Assembly (NCBI GenBank): GCA_044229845.1
Contig: JBGASG010000011.1
Coordinates: 79,480-143,479, forward strand
Source of the DNA: Candidatus Obscuribacteraceae bacterium
GTDB lineage: Bacteria > Cyanobacteriota > Vampirovibrionia > Obscuribacterales > Obscuribacteraceae
Length of the DNA: 64,000 nucleotides
Direction: 5' to 3'
Below, in pieces: positions 17,954-27,596 of the stretch. Each line of letters starts with the position of its first letter. Within the stretch, counting starts at the first letter, position 1. The position numbers and the translations under genes are program-made. The notes beneath the pieces were generated by a model that was not told the DNA's origin, made no database searches, and saw only the letters and a list, made by a program, of their open reading frames with translations.

Positions 17954-19269
17954 GAGACTGCCTCCGCATGCGCTTTTGCAATGTACACGTTGGCCTCGGA
18001 CAGAGCGCTTGCATCCCGTTGTCCGGTTATTTTGCCGGCGCGATTGCGTTCCATCAGCACCGTCCCTTTTGTATCCATGAGTACCCACCCCAACAAGGGC
18101 AGAGGTAGTTTTGCCGGCGCTCCTTCGTTTGGTTTGCCAGTTTCAATGTCGAAAAACGAAACGTGGCACGGGCAGAGAATCTGTCCCTTGGCATTAACAT
18201 CATTGCCTACGGTGCATCCCAAATGCGTGCACTTCGCGGAAAGCAAGATGGGCAAACCGTCTTTGTCCTTGAATGCCATTGCCGGTCGCATACTGTAATC
18301 GGTGAAATACTTTCCTTTTGTGCCGTTCAATTCCGACAACTTAGCAATCAGTATGTAATTGGATTGCTGCCGCTCCAGTTCTAGCTTGCGTTGCTCGGCG
18401 GTTGCCTGGAGCCTCTTCAATCGCAACTCCATCATCTCGGCTTCTTCCTCTTTGGAGAGGCGAGGGCCAAAGAAGAACCTCCAGGTCTTATCCAGGGCTC
18501 CCACTGCCAGCAACGCGCCACCGGCAGCGATACCGATGCCGGCGCGCAAAAAGTGTCGTCTGGACTCCTCCTCGACATAGTGCTCGCGAGCAGCCTCGGC
18601 TCGACGTTCATTCGTCCAGACCACCTTTTGCGGCGGACGGAACAGATACTCTATTGGCACAGCGAACATGTGTATGAGCCGGGAAAATGGAATCGTCAAA
18701 ATTATCAGCCAGGCTCCGACTATGTGAGCCCGAACCAGTATTGGCATGTCTTGTATTACGCTGATGTTGGGGTTGAAGGTGAACAGGCTCCAGATATATG
18801 GTGTCATGCTGCCGGGCGCCCAGGCGGCACCCCATCTGTAATGCAGCGCCATACCCAGCCCGGTAGCCACTTGCGCAAGCAAGAGAAACAGCACCACAAA
18901 GTCCATTGTGGTAGAAACGGCTTGCAGGCGCGAACTCATTATTCGTCGAACGATAAGCACCAGTAGCCCAACGATGCACCCGACTGCCAGCGCGATGCCG
19001 GATATCTCGACTGCGTGCAGGATGGGTTGCACGGACATAGCCGCCTTCCAGGGACCGGGTGCAACAAGCACCACGATATGGACGAGCAAAATCAGGATGA
19101 TGCCGATATGCCAGGGCACCGACCCCCACACCAGTGCTTTGCTCTCCAGAAACTGCGAGGACAAGGCGGTGTAAGTCAGACCTTGCTTGCGAATGCGGTA
19201 GATCGATCCAAATATGCAGGCCGTCAGCGCTATATAGGGCAGAACGACAAACAACAGGATGTCCAACAT
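17950..19269 (-). CDS. narI: NarI (gamma subunit) fused to a Tat-motif TM helix and Rieske 2Fe-2S domain
   Basis: SSQFLE, H-x9-H and H-x17-H (PFSRLIH), then SRRHFL + TM helix, CTHLGC and CPCH. Confidence 0.9.
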   Translation of the reverse strand: MLDILLFVVLPYIALTACIFGSIYRIRKQGLTYTALSSQFLESKALVWGSVPWHIGIILILLVHIVVLVAPGPWKAAMSVQPILHAVEISGIALAVGCIVGLLVLIVRRIMSSRLQAVSTTMDFVVLFLLLAQVATGLGMALHYRWGAAWAPGSMTPYIWSLFTFNPNISVIQDMPILVRAHIVGAWLIILTIPFSRLIHMFAVPIEYLFRPPQKVVWTNERRAEAAREHYVEEESRRHFLRAGIGIAAGGALLAVGALDKTWRFFFGPRLSKEEEAEMMELRLKRLQATAEQRKLELERQQSNYILIAKLSELNGTKGKYFTDYSMRPAMAFKDKDGLPILLSAKCTHLGCTVGNDVNAKGQILCPCHVSFFDIETGKPNEGAPAKLPLPLLGWVLMDTKGTVLMERNRAGKITGQRDASALSEANVYIAKAHAEAVS

Positions 19270-19279
19270 AACAAACTCC

Positions 19280-19813
19280 TCAGCTACCGGCACTCATAAC
19301 TTCCAAAAGACTGGCAAAGAGCTTGCCATACGGGTTGTTGGTTGCATTTTTCAGATTGTCTGCCATTTCGGCCACTGGTTTTTGCAGACAGAACTCAACC
19401 AGCTCGTCGACTTCTTCAGTCGTGGCATATGTCATGTATCGCAACATCACAGCCAGATGGTCCGGCATTTCATTGCCGCGGTCGAAGCCGGTTTCATCGT
19501 ATCTTTGGATCAGCCCGGCCATTAAGTTGCCGCGCTCGTAGTTTTCATCACCATAAATGTGTGCGCTTATGTATGGGCTGCAAATTGGTGCCATATCGAA
19601 GGTGCGGGTGAATACCTCTTCGAGCTCGCTGAGAGGCATTGCATCGATGCGCTCGCAGAACTCAGCCAGATAGCGCCCCGCTCTGGAATAGTCCGCACTT
19701 ATGGAAACTTGCCTCTGGCGGGCCAGTTGCGAGTAACCTTCATTCGGATACTCGAGCAAGGCTGCGTATTCAGAAAGGGCCGGCGCTTTAGGTTTTTTCA
19801 ACGGAATGATCAT
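19280..19813 (-). CDS. narJ: Nitrate reductase molybdenum cofactor assembly chaperone
   Basis: LLEYP, FTRTFD and EMPDHL motifs; lies between narH and narI. Confidence 0.88.
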   Translation of the reverse strand: MIIPLKKPKAPALSEYAALLEYPNEGYSQLARQRQVSISADYSRAGRYLAEFCERIDAMPLSELEEVFTRTFDMAPICSPYISAHIYGDENYERGNLMAGLIQRYDETGFDRGNEMPDHLAVMLRYMTYATTEEVDELVEFCLQKPVAEMADNLKNATNNPYGKLFASLLEVMSAGS

Positions 19814-19814
19814 A

Positions 19815-21338
19815 TTATGGACCTCTCTCCGGTGGCTGGTTGAATCCAAGCCCGCATGAGCCTTTACATAACTCGGGACTGCACGAAGGTTGCCCGGCCA
19901 TCGCTTGACCGGTCATCGCTTCTTCTCGCTGAATTGGCGCCAGTACAAAGCGATCGTAAATCGTTGGTAGAGCAGTAAGCGAATAAATCTCCTCAGCTTC
20001 TGAAGGAGTGACATTACCTTCGCGCATGAACTTGCTCATGGATACGAGATCAAGATCTCCTATCTCCTGCGTCCGTTTGTAATAACGCACCGCCATCAGT
20101 TTCTTCATTACGTATTCGATGTGCTCTACATTGCCGGCGCTAAAGAGTTTCGCCAGGTATTTGATCGGCAATCGCGACTTTTCCAGGCTGCTGAAAAACT
20201 GATCGACCGGATTCTCGTAATGCCCGTTGTCGAATTTACCCATCACAGGCAAAAGTGGTGGCACATAGAAAAGCATCGGCATGGTCCGATACTCTACGTG
20301 TAAAGGCAGTGCAAGTTTCCATTCCTTGACGTACTTATATATAGGCGACTTTTGAGCGGCATCGATAAATTCGTCGCTGATCCCGTTTTTGCGAGCCTCC
20401 TGCATGATCTTGGGATCGAAGGGGTCGCAGATGACACTGCGCTGCGCCTCGACGAGGGCATGATCCGGTACGCTCATGGCTTCAGCCACACGCTCCGCGT
20501 CATACAGCAGAACCCCCAGATAACGGATGCGGCCCACACATGACTGGAAGCAGTTGGGAATCTGTCCTGTCTCCAGCTTTGGATAGCAAAGAATGCACTT
20601 CTCCGATTTGCCCGTTTTCCAGTTGTAATAAATTTTCTTATACGGGCAAGCGGAGATGCACGCTCTCCAGCCCTTGCACATGTCCTGATTGATCAGGACA
20701 ATTCCGTCTTCGCCGCGCTTATAAAGAGCCCCAGACGGGCAGGATGCGACACAGCTGGGATTTGCGCAATGATTGCAAATGCGGGGCAAATACATAAATG
20801 AGATACGCTCTACCTCGAAGAGTTGCTCGCGCTCTTCGTCACTGAGACCTTCGAGATTGATATCGTTTTCGGCGTAGACAGGGGAGCCAGAAAGATCATC
20901 ATCCCAGTTCGGACCAGCTTCGATGTCCATTGGCTCACCGGTGATTTGCGACACGGCAATTGCTGTGGGCTGATCATCACCTTCTGGTGCATCGAACAAG
21001 TCCTGGTATTTGTACGTCCAGGGCTCATAATAATCCTCGAGCCCCGGTTGGTTCGGGTTGTAGAACAGTTTGAGAAACGCATCCAGCTTGCCTTGTGAGC
21101 GCAGCTCAAGGCTTCGCTTGCCGTTCTTGCCGTTGACTTTCCAGCCGCCTTTGTAGTGCTCCTGATCTTCCCACAAAGTGGGATAGCCGGTGCCGGGTTT
21201 GGTTTCGACATTGTTCCACCACATATACTCAGCGCCCGGTCTATCCGTCCAGACGTTTTTGCAAGCCACGCTGCACGTATGGCAGCCGATACATTTGTCG
21301 AGGTGAAACACCATTGAGACTTGTGCGCGAATATCCAT
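19815..21338 (-). CDS. narH: Nitrate reductase / nitrite oxidoreductase beta subunit
   Basis: LDKCIGCHTCSVACK, PRICNHC.NPSCVASCP, CKGWRACISACPY and KCILCYP motifs. Confidence 0.95.
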   Translation of the reverse strand: MDIRAQVSMVFHLDKCIGCHTCSVACKNVWTDRPGAEYMWWNNVETKPGTGYPTLWEDQEHYKGGWKVNGKNGKRSLELRSQGKLDAFLKLFYNPNQPGLEDYYEPWTYKYQDLFDAPEGDDQPTAIAVSQITGEPMDIEAGPNWDDDLSGSPVYAENDINLEGLSDEEREQLFEVERISFMYLPRICNHCANPSCVASCPSGALYKRGEDGIVLINQDMCKGWRACISACPYKKIYYNWKTGKSEKCILCYPKLETGQIPNCFQSCVGRIRYLGVLLYDAERVAEAMSVPDHALVEAQRSVICDPFDPKIMQEARKNGISDEFIDAAQKSPIYKYVKEWKLALPLHVEYRTMPMLFYVPPLLPVMGKFDNGHYENPVDQFFSSLEKSRLPIKYLAKLFSAGNVEHIEYVMKKLMAVRYYKRTQEIGDLDLVSMSKFMREGNVTPSEAEEIYSLTALPTIYDRFVLAPIQREEAMTGQAMAGQPSCSPELCKGSCGLGFNQPPERGP

Positions 21339-21346
21339 ATCGACTC

Positions 21347-24300
21347 CTAGAAGTTCGGCTTGTCGAGTTTTTTCACAACGACGAAAGTGTCACGATTTAC
21401 GCCAGTAGGTCCCCAGTAGTTGAACCCATAGCTGAATTGCGCATAGCCGCCGATCATGAATAGCGGCTTCAGTCGTGCCCGCGTAAGACTGTTGTGTCCG
21501 CCGGCTCGCCTGTTTTTTCGTTCCGGAGATTTCGGTACTGTCAACGTGCGCTCGGGCGAGTGATAAATGAAAGCGGTGCCGCGCGGGATACGAGCACTGA
21601 CGATAGCGCGGGTGCAGACCACGCCATGATCGTTGAAAATTTCTACCCAGTCGTTATCTTCGACACCAACGAGATCGGCATCCTTGTCGTTCAACCAGAC
21701 CGGATAAATTCCTCTGCTCAGAGTTTTCATCCGTAAGGTGTCGCCGAAGGTTGAGTGAATATGCCACTTGCCGTGTGGTGTCAGGTAATTGAGCACCAAC
21801 GAGCCACCTTTCACCTCAGTTTTCTGCAGGTCACGCGTGACACTCAAGTCGGCACGTGGTTTGTATGTCGGCAGATGCTCGCCGTAAGCGATGTAGACTT
21901 CATGATCCAGATACAGATGCTGCCGGCCGGTAAGCGTGCGCCAGGGAATCAATTCTTCGACGTTCTGGCAATAAGCGGAGTAGGTTCTGTTTTCAGTCGT
22001 TATGCCAGTCCAGTAGGGTGATGTCAGCACACGACGCGGCTGCGCCCTCAAATCAGCGAATGTATAGCGGGTAGCGCGCGTGTCTCTGGCCAGATGGCTA
22101 TGATCGATACCTGTCTTATGACTTTCAGATTCATATGCGCGAAAAGCAAGTTCGCCGTTTGTCTCCGCTGCGAAGTTCAAAATCACCTCGCAAACATTGA
22201 GACCTTCCTTTAGTGACGGATAGCTTTTGCCTGACCATGTTTGCGACGGTTGAGTCTCGATGTATTTGTCATACTCATCTTCGATATCATAGTGAGTTCC
22301 GTGTACCGCCAATCCATTGTTGCGGGCGACCGGCCCGAATGAGATGAACTTGTTATAGAGATTGACGTAATCGCGCTCCACTACTTTCATATTGGGCATG
22401 GTCTTGCCCGGAATTGCTTCGCATTCACCCTTGAGCCAGTCTTTCACAGTCGGTTGCGCGATCTCGCCGGGAGTGTCATGAAGCAAAGGCGACACCACCA
22501 GGTCTTTGACCGGTTCGTTCAAATAGCGTTTTGCCAACTCAGAGGTAGATTTCGCAATTCCTTTGAATATATCCCAATCAGTCTTGCTTTCCCAACATGG
22601 TGGCACCGCCGGTTGCAGAGGATGAATAAAGGAATGCATGTCCGTGGTGTTCAGGTCATGCTTTTCATAGTGGGTAGCTGCAGGCAAGACCAGGTCTGAA
22701 TAGAGAGCAGATGAATCCATGCGGAAGTTAAGGTCTACCACCAGATCCATCTTGCCCAACTCGATCTTGTCGTGCCAGGTAATCTCTTTGACCTCATCAC
22801 CGGCCACTTCCTCGGCTATGGTGTTATTGTGCGTTCCCAAGTAATGTTTGAGAAAATACTCGTGTCCCTTTGCTGATGAGAGCAGCGCATTTCCCCGCCA
22901 TATGTACCAGACGCGGGGCCACGACTCCGGCACGTCAGGATCTTCCATGGAGAATTTCAATGAGCGATCTTTTAAAGACTTAACTGCATACTCAATGATT
23001 TGCGAGTCGGTTTTTGCTCCACTGGCTACTGCTTCTTCGACCACTTTGAGATTGCTTCGGTTGAATTGTGGAAAGCACGGCAGCCAGCCATTTCGTACAG
23101 CCAACACTTGTTTGTCAGCTGTATGTCCTGAACTCATTGGATGCTTGTCGTCCGCTACCGCGCACATCTCATTAAATGAATTGTCATAGCGCCACTGATC
23201 CGAATGTATGTAATGGAAAGACGGCGTATTTTGCAGACGCGGCGGCCCGTACCAATCTGTGCCGAAAGCAATGGGTGCCCACGAGGCCTGTGGCACCAGC
23301 TTTTCTTGTCCAACGTAGTGGTTTAAGCCGCCACCACTTACCCCGACACTGCCGGTGAGGATGAGCGCATTGATTGCCGCTCTGTAAATGAGGTTGTTGT
23401 GATACCAGTGGTTGGCACCGGCACCAATAATTATCGAGCACTTGCCTTTACTCGCTTCTGCGGTGCGCCCCCACTCGCGAGCGAAGTTGATCACATTTAC
23501 TGCTTTGATGCCAGTAAACTTCTCCTGCCACGCGGGGGTATAAGGAAGCTCTTCGTCTTCGTAAGTCTCCGGATATGCGCCTCCCATGCCGCGGTCAACA
23601 CCATATTGAGCAAGCAGAAGCTCCATGACGGTCGTCACAAGCACTTCCCCGGTGGCGGTTGTGACGCGGCGAACTGCCACACCACGATTGAAAAGTTTGT
23701 CGGCAGTGCCTTCCGAGAAGTCGTTTAACTTCACACTCACCACGCCATCATGACGCCCGACGAGGGTGAGGAGTGGATCTACCTTGGCGTTGGTCAAAGC
23801 ATTCTCCAACTTCAGATTCCATTCGCCTTTTTTGGATTGCCAGCGATGCCCAATCGTTCCTCTGAGCATTGCCGGCTGATCGGTGAGCGCGTCCCAAACG
23901 AACATTTTCCACTCGGCGTTCTCTTCCTTCGCTGTGCTTTCGACATCACTGGCCCTCAGCAAACGCCCGGCGCTGTATGTGCCATCGGCATTTTTGTCGA
24001 GACAGACAAGAAACGGAGCATCGCTGTATTGCTTGGCATAATTGACGAAGTAAGGCACCTGCCGATCGAGGTAAAACTCTTTAAGCAGAACATGCGTAAC
24101 TGCCATCCAGAAAGCGCCGTCCTGTCCCTGATTGATTGGAACCCACTCGTCAGCAATTTTCGAAGCCATCGAGAAGTCTGGCGAGAAGACCACAACCTTG
24201 GCGCCACGGTGCCGTCCTTCAACTAAGAAGTGCGCGTCGGGTGTTCTTGTCATGAGCACGTTGGAGCCTACAACGGCAACAAATTTGGAGTGAAACCAAT

Positions 24301-24979
24301 CCGCACTTTCGCCGACATCAGTTTGCTCACCCCAGATCTCAGGCGACGCCGGCGGCAAGTCGCAGTACCAGTCATAAAAAGACATACTGACGCCACCTAG
24401 CAGTTGCAGGAAGCGTGAGCCTGCTGCGTAGCTCACCATCGACATGGCTGGAATCGGAGAAAAGCCGATAATGCGATCTGAACCGTGTCTCTTGATTGTC
24501 GAGATGTTGGCTGCTGCCATCATCTCATTAGCTTCGTCCCAGGCGACACGGCGGAAGCCGCCTTTGCCTCGCGCGCTCTGGTATCGTTTGCGCTTGTCAG
24601 GGTTCTGGACTATCGACTCCCATGCCGCAACCGGATCATTGGGAAACTGAGCTTTGGCTTCGCGCCAGAGATCGATCAAGGCGCCCCGAGCGTAAGGGTA
24701 CTTCACTCTCAGCGGGCTGTAGAGGTACCAGCTGCAGGAGATACCGCGCTGGCAGCCTCTGGGCTCGTGGGGAGGAATGTCTTTACTGATACTGGGATAA
24801 TCCAGCGCTTGCAGTTCCCATGTAACAATGCCACTTTTCACATAGACGTTCCAACTGCACGAGCCGGTGCAATTGACACCATGAGTGGAGCGTACGATGT
24901 TGTCGTATTGCCAGCGATTTCTATAGAAGTCTTCCCATTGCCGCTGTTTCGGTGCAAAAATGTCTTTGATCCAAGCCAT
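21347..24979 (-). CDS. narG: Nitrate reductase / nitrite oxidoreductase alpha subunit (no Tat signal)
   Basis: [20 protein letters not shown] and [10 protein letters not shown] motifs; 1210 aa. Confidence 0.95.
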   Translation of the reverse strand: MAWIKDIFAPKQRQWEDFYRNRWQYDNIVRSTHGVNCTGSCSWNVYVKSGIVTWELQALDYPSISKDIPPHEPRGCQRGISCSWYLYSPLRVKYPYARGALIDLWREAKAQFPNDPVAAWESIVQNPDKRKRYQSARGKGGFRRVAWDEANEMMAAANISTIKRHGSDRIIGFSPIPAMSMVSYAAGSRFLQLLGGVSMSFYDWYCDLPPASPEIWGEQTDVGESADWFHSKFVAVVGSNVLMTRTPDAHFLVEGRHRGAKVVVFSPDFSMASKIADEWVPINQGQDGAFWMAVTHVLLKEFYLDRQVPYFVNYAKQYSDAPFLVCLDKNADGTYSAGRLLRASDVESTAKEENAEWKMFVWDALTDQPAMLRGTIGHRWQSKKGEWNLKLENALTNAKVDPLLTLVGRHDGVVSVKLNDFSEGTADKLFNRGVAVRRVTTATGEVLVTTVMELLLAQYGVDRGMGGAYPETYEDEELPYTPAWQEKFTGIKAVNVINFAREWGRTAEASKGKCSIIIGAGANHWYHNNLIYRAAINALILTGSVGVSGGGLNHYVGQEKLVPQASWAPIAFGTDWYGPPRLQNTPSFHYIHSDQWRYDNSFNEMCAVADDKHPMSSGHTADKQVLAVRNGWLPCFPQFNRSNLKVVEEAVASGAKTDSQIIEYAVKSLKDRSLKFSMEDPDVPESWPRVWYIWRGNALLSSAKGHEYFLKHYLGTHNNTIAEEVAGDEVKEITWHDKIELGKMDLVVDLNFRMDSSALYSDLVLPAATHYEKHDLNTTDMHSFIHPLQPAVPPCWESKTDWDIFKGIAKSTSELAKRYLNEPVKDLVVSPLLHDTPGEIAQPTVKDWLKGECEAIPGKTMPNMKVVERDYVNLYNKFISFGPVARNNGLAVHGTHYDIEDEYDKYIETQPSQTWSGKSYPSLKEGLNVCEVILNFAAETNGELAFRAYESESHKTGIDHSHLARDTRATRYTFADLRAQPRRVLTSPYWTGITTENRTYSAYCQNVEELIPWRTLTGRQHLYLDHEVYIAYGEHLPTYKPRADLSVTRDLQKTEVKGGSLVLNYLTPHGKWHIHSTFGDTLRMKTLSRGIYPVWLNDKDADLVGVEDNDWVEIFNDHGVVCTRAIVSARIPRGTAFIYHSPERTLTVPKSPERKNRRAGGHNSLTRARLKPLFMIGGYAQFSYGFNYWGPTGVNRDTFVVVKKLDKPNF

Positions 24980-24985
24980 GGTGCC

Positions 24986-25855
24986 TTATCTCCTGGTTAA
25001 CTTGTCGCGGGCCGGTTTCTTCCGTGTGCGGTAGCCCACTGCCACGGCCGCAATCAGAATTGCAGCCCCGATAAACCCCATCATTTCTACAGCTCCAGAA
25101 ACTGGTTTATTGGACCCAACTCCTTTAAGAGTCGACATGTATGCTGCCAGGTCAACGGCTTCGTCGTGAGTAACCGGGCTGTCTTTGTAAGCATTTTTCA
25201 TGACCCGGTAGGGTGTCTTTTCCGCTGCCACCACCAGCGCTACCATATTGAATTTCGTGGCGACGGCACCGAGGTCTGGACCCAACCCTCCCTTTGTCTC
25301 TCCCGTCACGCTGTGACACGAGACGCATGCCATGCCCTGGTTTTTCAATGAGCGCTTTCCGGAGAACAATTCTTCGCCTGCAACCACAGATCCCGGCTGT
25401 TCGGTTTTTACCGGCGGCTCAGTTTCGACGTGCTTGGTAGTACCGGCGGCAGTGCTTGAGGCATCCGAACTGGTGGCTGTGCCGGTTGCGGTAGTGTCAG
25501 ACGATGGTTTGGTCTCAGCAGACGTCGTGCTCGTCGTTGGGTTCAGTGCGGCTGCGTCCGATCCGCCGCCTTTGAGATATTTGACCAGTGTGGTAATCTC
25601 GGCCGCTGTCATAGGACCGGCCTGACTTTGCATCCGGGTCACATTACCTTCGATCTGAGATTCCGCCTGCAGTTTCGCGCCGCCCAGATCTGGACCGACG
25701 AGTGGACCTTTCCCTATCGTGTGGCAGCTGGCGCACTTTTCGGTAAACAACTGCGAACCATCCTGGGCAGCGGCGTTGATCGGTACCGCCAGCGATATCG
25801 CTACAAGCACCCGAGATGCGATCTTTGCTGTCGTCCTCAAGCGCATTCTTGTCAT
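24986..25855 (-). CDS. Membrane-anchored diheme cytochrome c (NarC-like)
   Basis: Signal peptide, CASCH and CVSCH separated by a Thr/Ser linker, C-terminal TM helix; immediately upstream of narG. Confidence 0.82.
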   Translation of the reverse strand: MTRMRLRTTAKIASRVLVAISLAVPINAAAQDGSQLFTEKCASCHTIGKGPLVGPDLGGAKLQAESQIEGNVTRMQSQAGPMTAAEITTLVKYLKGGGSDAAALNPTTSTTSAETKPSSDTTATGTATSSDASSTAAGTTKHVETEPPVKTEQPGSVVAGEELFSGKRSLKNQGMACVSCHSVTGETKGGLGPDLGAVATKFNMVALVVAAEKTPYRVMKNAYKDSPVTHDEAVDLAAYMSTLKGVGSNKPVSGAVEMMGFIGAAILIAAVAVGYRTRKKPARDKLTRR

Positions 25856-25905
25856 CCGGCTTCCTTCCGCGACCACCTTCAATAAAATCTGCGCTGCTCG
25901 AAGCT

Positions 25906-27387
25906 TTAGTCGCTGCATTGATTATGAAGTGAACGAATGGTCCCGATCCTTCGGCGGATGCGCAGTTTGTTCAAAACTGCATCGGCAGCTCGCCTGGCAG
26001 ATGCAAGACAATCAGGAATCCCGATGCCGCTGTATGCGTTACCAGCCAGGTACAAATCATCACAGCCGCCTAACTCTGCCTGCAAATCTTGCATGCGTTC
26101 CAGGTGCCCGACTTCGTACTGCGGCAGCGCATTGTCGTGCCTGGTCACCCAGACCTGGAGCGGCGGTCTTTCGACACCAACATAGTCTTCAAGGTCTTTC
26201 AGCAAGGCAGCAACGACGTCCTGGTTACTGGCGCCATCCAAAAGGCTCTGTCCTTCTCTGCTGAGAGACACGCGCAACAAGACTTTATCCTCCTCCGTCC
26301 TGCCACCGAATTTGATGCTTGTGAATGTACACGCACTCGTAAAGCGCCCCTCTTTTGGAGGAACAACGAACCCAAAGCCGTCCAGAGCATGTCGGATGTC
26401 TTTTCGGTAAAAAAGAAGATTGACGATAACAGTCGGTGCGTACGCGATCTGCCTGAGTTTGTGCCCGAGGGAAGCATTTATAGGGCAGAGGAGTTGTCCG
26501 GCTATGTTGGCTGGAGTTGCCACCACCACACTGTGAGCTCCTATTCGCTTACCGCTGCACAGGCAGATTTCATACCCGTACTCTGGCAGCGTGCTGTGTA
26601 CGATGTGATCTACGGGTGTATTGAGACAAACTGAACCGGCAGGCAGGTGGCGTAAGAGCCCATCGATCAATACTTGCATTCCACGGTCGAAACTTGCAAA
26701 TAGCCCATAGCGTGATCCTGCAACAGCTGAATTCCGACCATCCTTCTTTTGTAGTTTCTGCTTCCACAATCCGCGAATAATGCTTCCGCACTCAGCTTCG
26801 TACTGCACCATTTGCGGTACCGTACATTTGGAACTCAAAAGACGAGCGTCCCCACCATAAATTCCTGCGATCATCGGCTCGGCTAGCTGCGTGAAAGCCT
26901 CCTGCCCGAGACGTCGCTGCACAAAATCGGCTAAACTCTCGTCCACTGCATCGCCTTTGCGAGGAATAACGAGATCCATAGCCATGCGAATTTTACAGGG
27001 CACACTGACCACACCGGTAGTGAGCCAGGGCCGGAACTTCGTAGGAGCAAACAAGACGAATCCATCCGGCATGGGATGCAGTTTGCTCCGGCGAGCTATA
27101 AAGGTGCGTCGATGCTTTTCGTTGGTGGATATTACACTGTGCGTCAGTCCCAACTCCCGCACCAGATCGACAACCTGGGGCTTCGCCGTTAGAAATGCTT
27201 CGGGTCCTTTATCTATCACGGCACCGGCAGCGACCTCGGTCGCTATCACGCCTCCAGCGCGACCACTGCCTTCCAGGACGATAACCTCCACCTGTGCGCA
27301 ATCGCTGCCGCGATGAATGAAATATGCTGCCGCAAGGCCAGATATCCCCGCTCCGATCACGACAATTCGAGTGCGACTCTCAACCAT
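25906..27387 (-). CDS. hemG: Proto-/coproporphyrinogen oxidase (HemY-type FAD enzyme)
   Basis: GAGISGL, DESLADFVQRRLG, PQYEVGH and GIGIPDC motifs. Confidence 0.9.
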   Translation of the reverse strand: MVESRTRIVVIGAGISGLAAAYFIHRGSDCAQVEVIVLEGSGRAGGVIATEVAAGAVIDKGPEAFLTAKPQVVDLVRELGLTHSVISTNEKHRRTFIARRSKLHPMPDGFVLFAPTKFRPWLTTGVVSVPCKIRMAMDLVIPRKGDAVDESLADFVQRRLGQEAFTQLAEPMIAGIYGGDARLLSSKCTVPQMVQYEAECGSIIRGLWKQKLQKKDGRNSAVAGSRYGLFASFDRGMQVLIDGLLRHLPAGSVCLNTPVDHIVHSTLPEYGYEICLCSGKRIGAHSVVVATPANIAGQLLCPINASLGHKLRQIAYAPTVIVNLLFYRKDIRHALDGFGFVVPPKEGRFTSACTFTSIKFGGRTEEDKVLLRVSLSREGQSLLDGASNQDVVAALLKDLEDYVGVERPPLQVWVTRHDNALPQYEVGHLERMQDLQAELGGCDDLYLAGNAYSGIGIPDCLASARRAADAVLNKLRIRRRIGTIRSLHNQCSD

Positions 27388-27455
27388 AACTTGAGCTGTT
27401 CACAGCAAGGTTCCCATCAACCAACCCAAAGATACGTCAAGCCAGCACCTTGGAC

Positions 27456-27473
27456 GTCAACCGAAAGGACGAT
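27456..27473. promoter_or_regulatory. 7-4-7 box GTCAACC-GAAA-GGACGAT
   Basis: Minus-strand TATCTT (27434-27429) starts 30.5 bp from the box centre, ahead of the nar operon. Confidence 0.65.
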
Positions 27474-27596
27474 TCACTTCCGAATCAATCTCGCCACTGT
27501 CCGATCGATGGATAAAAGATCAATGGACTATCAATAAACTGTGCAGCCGGCAGCGCAAGCAATGACTAAGGAGGATGTTGAACGTGAAGGTGACCA

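Noticed and set aside
21347..24979. Periplasmic (Tat-exported) Nar/Nxr
   Set aside because: NarG has no twin-arginine leader and a NarI anchor is present.
27509..27523. FNR box TGGAT-AAAAG-ATCAA
   Set aside because: The spacer is 5 rather than 4, and I found no other convincing FNR boxes.
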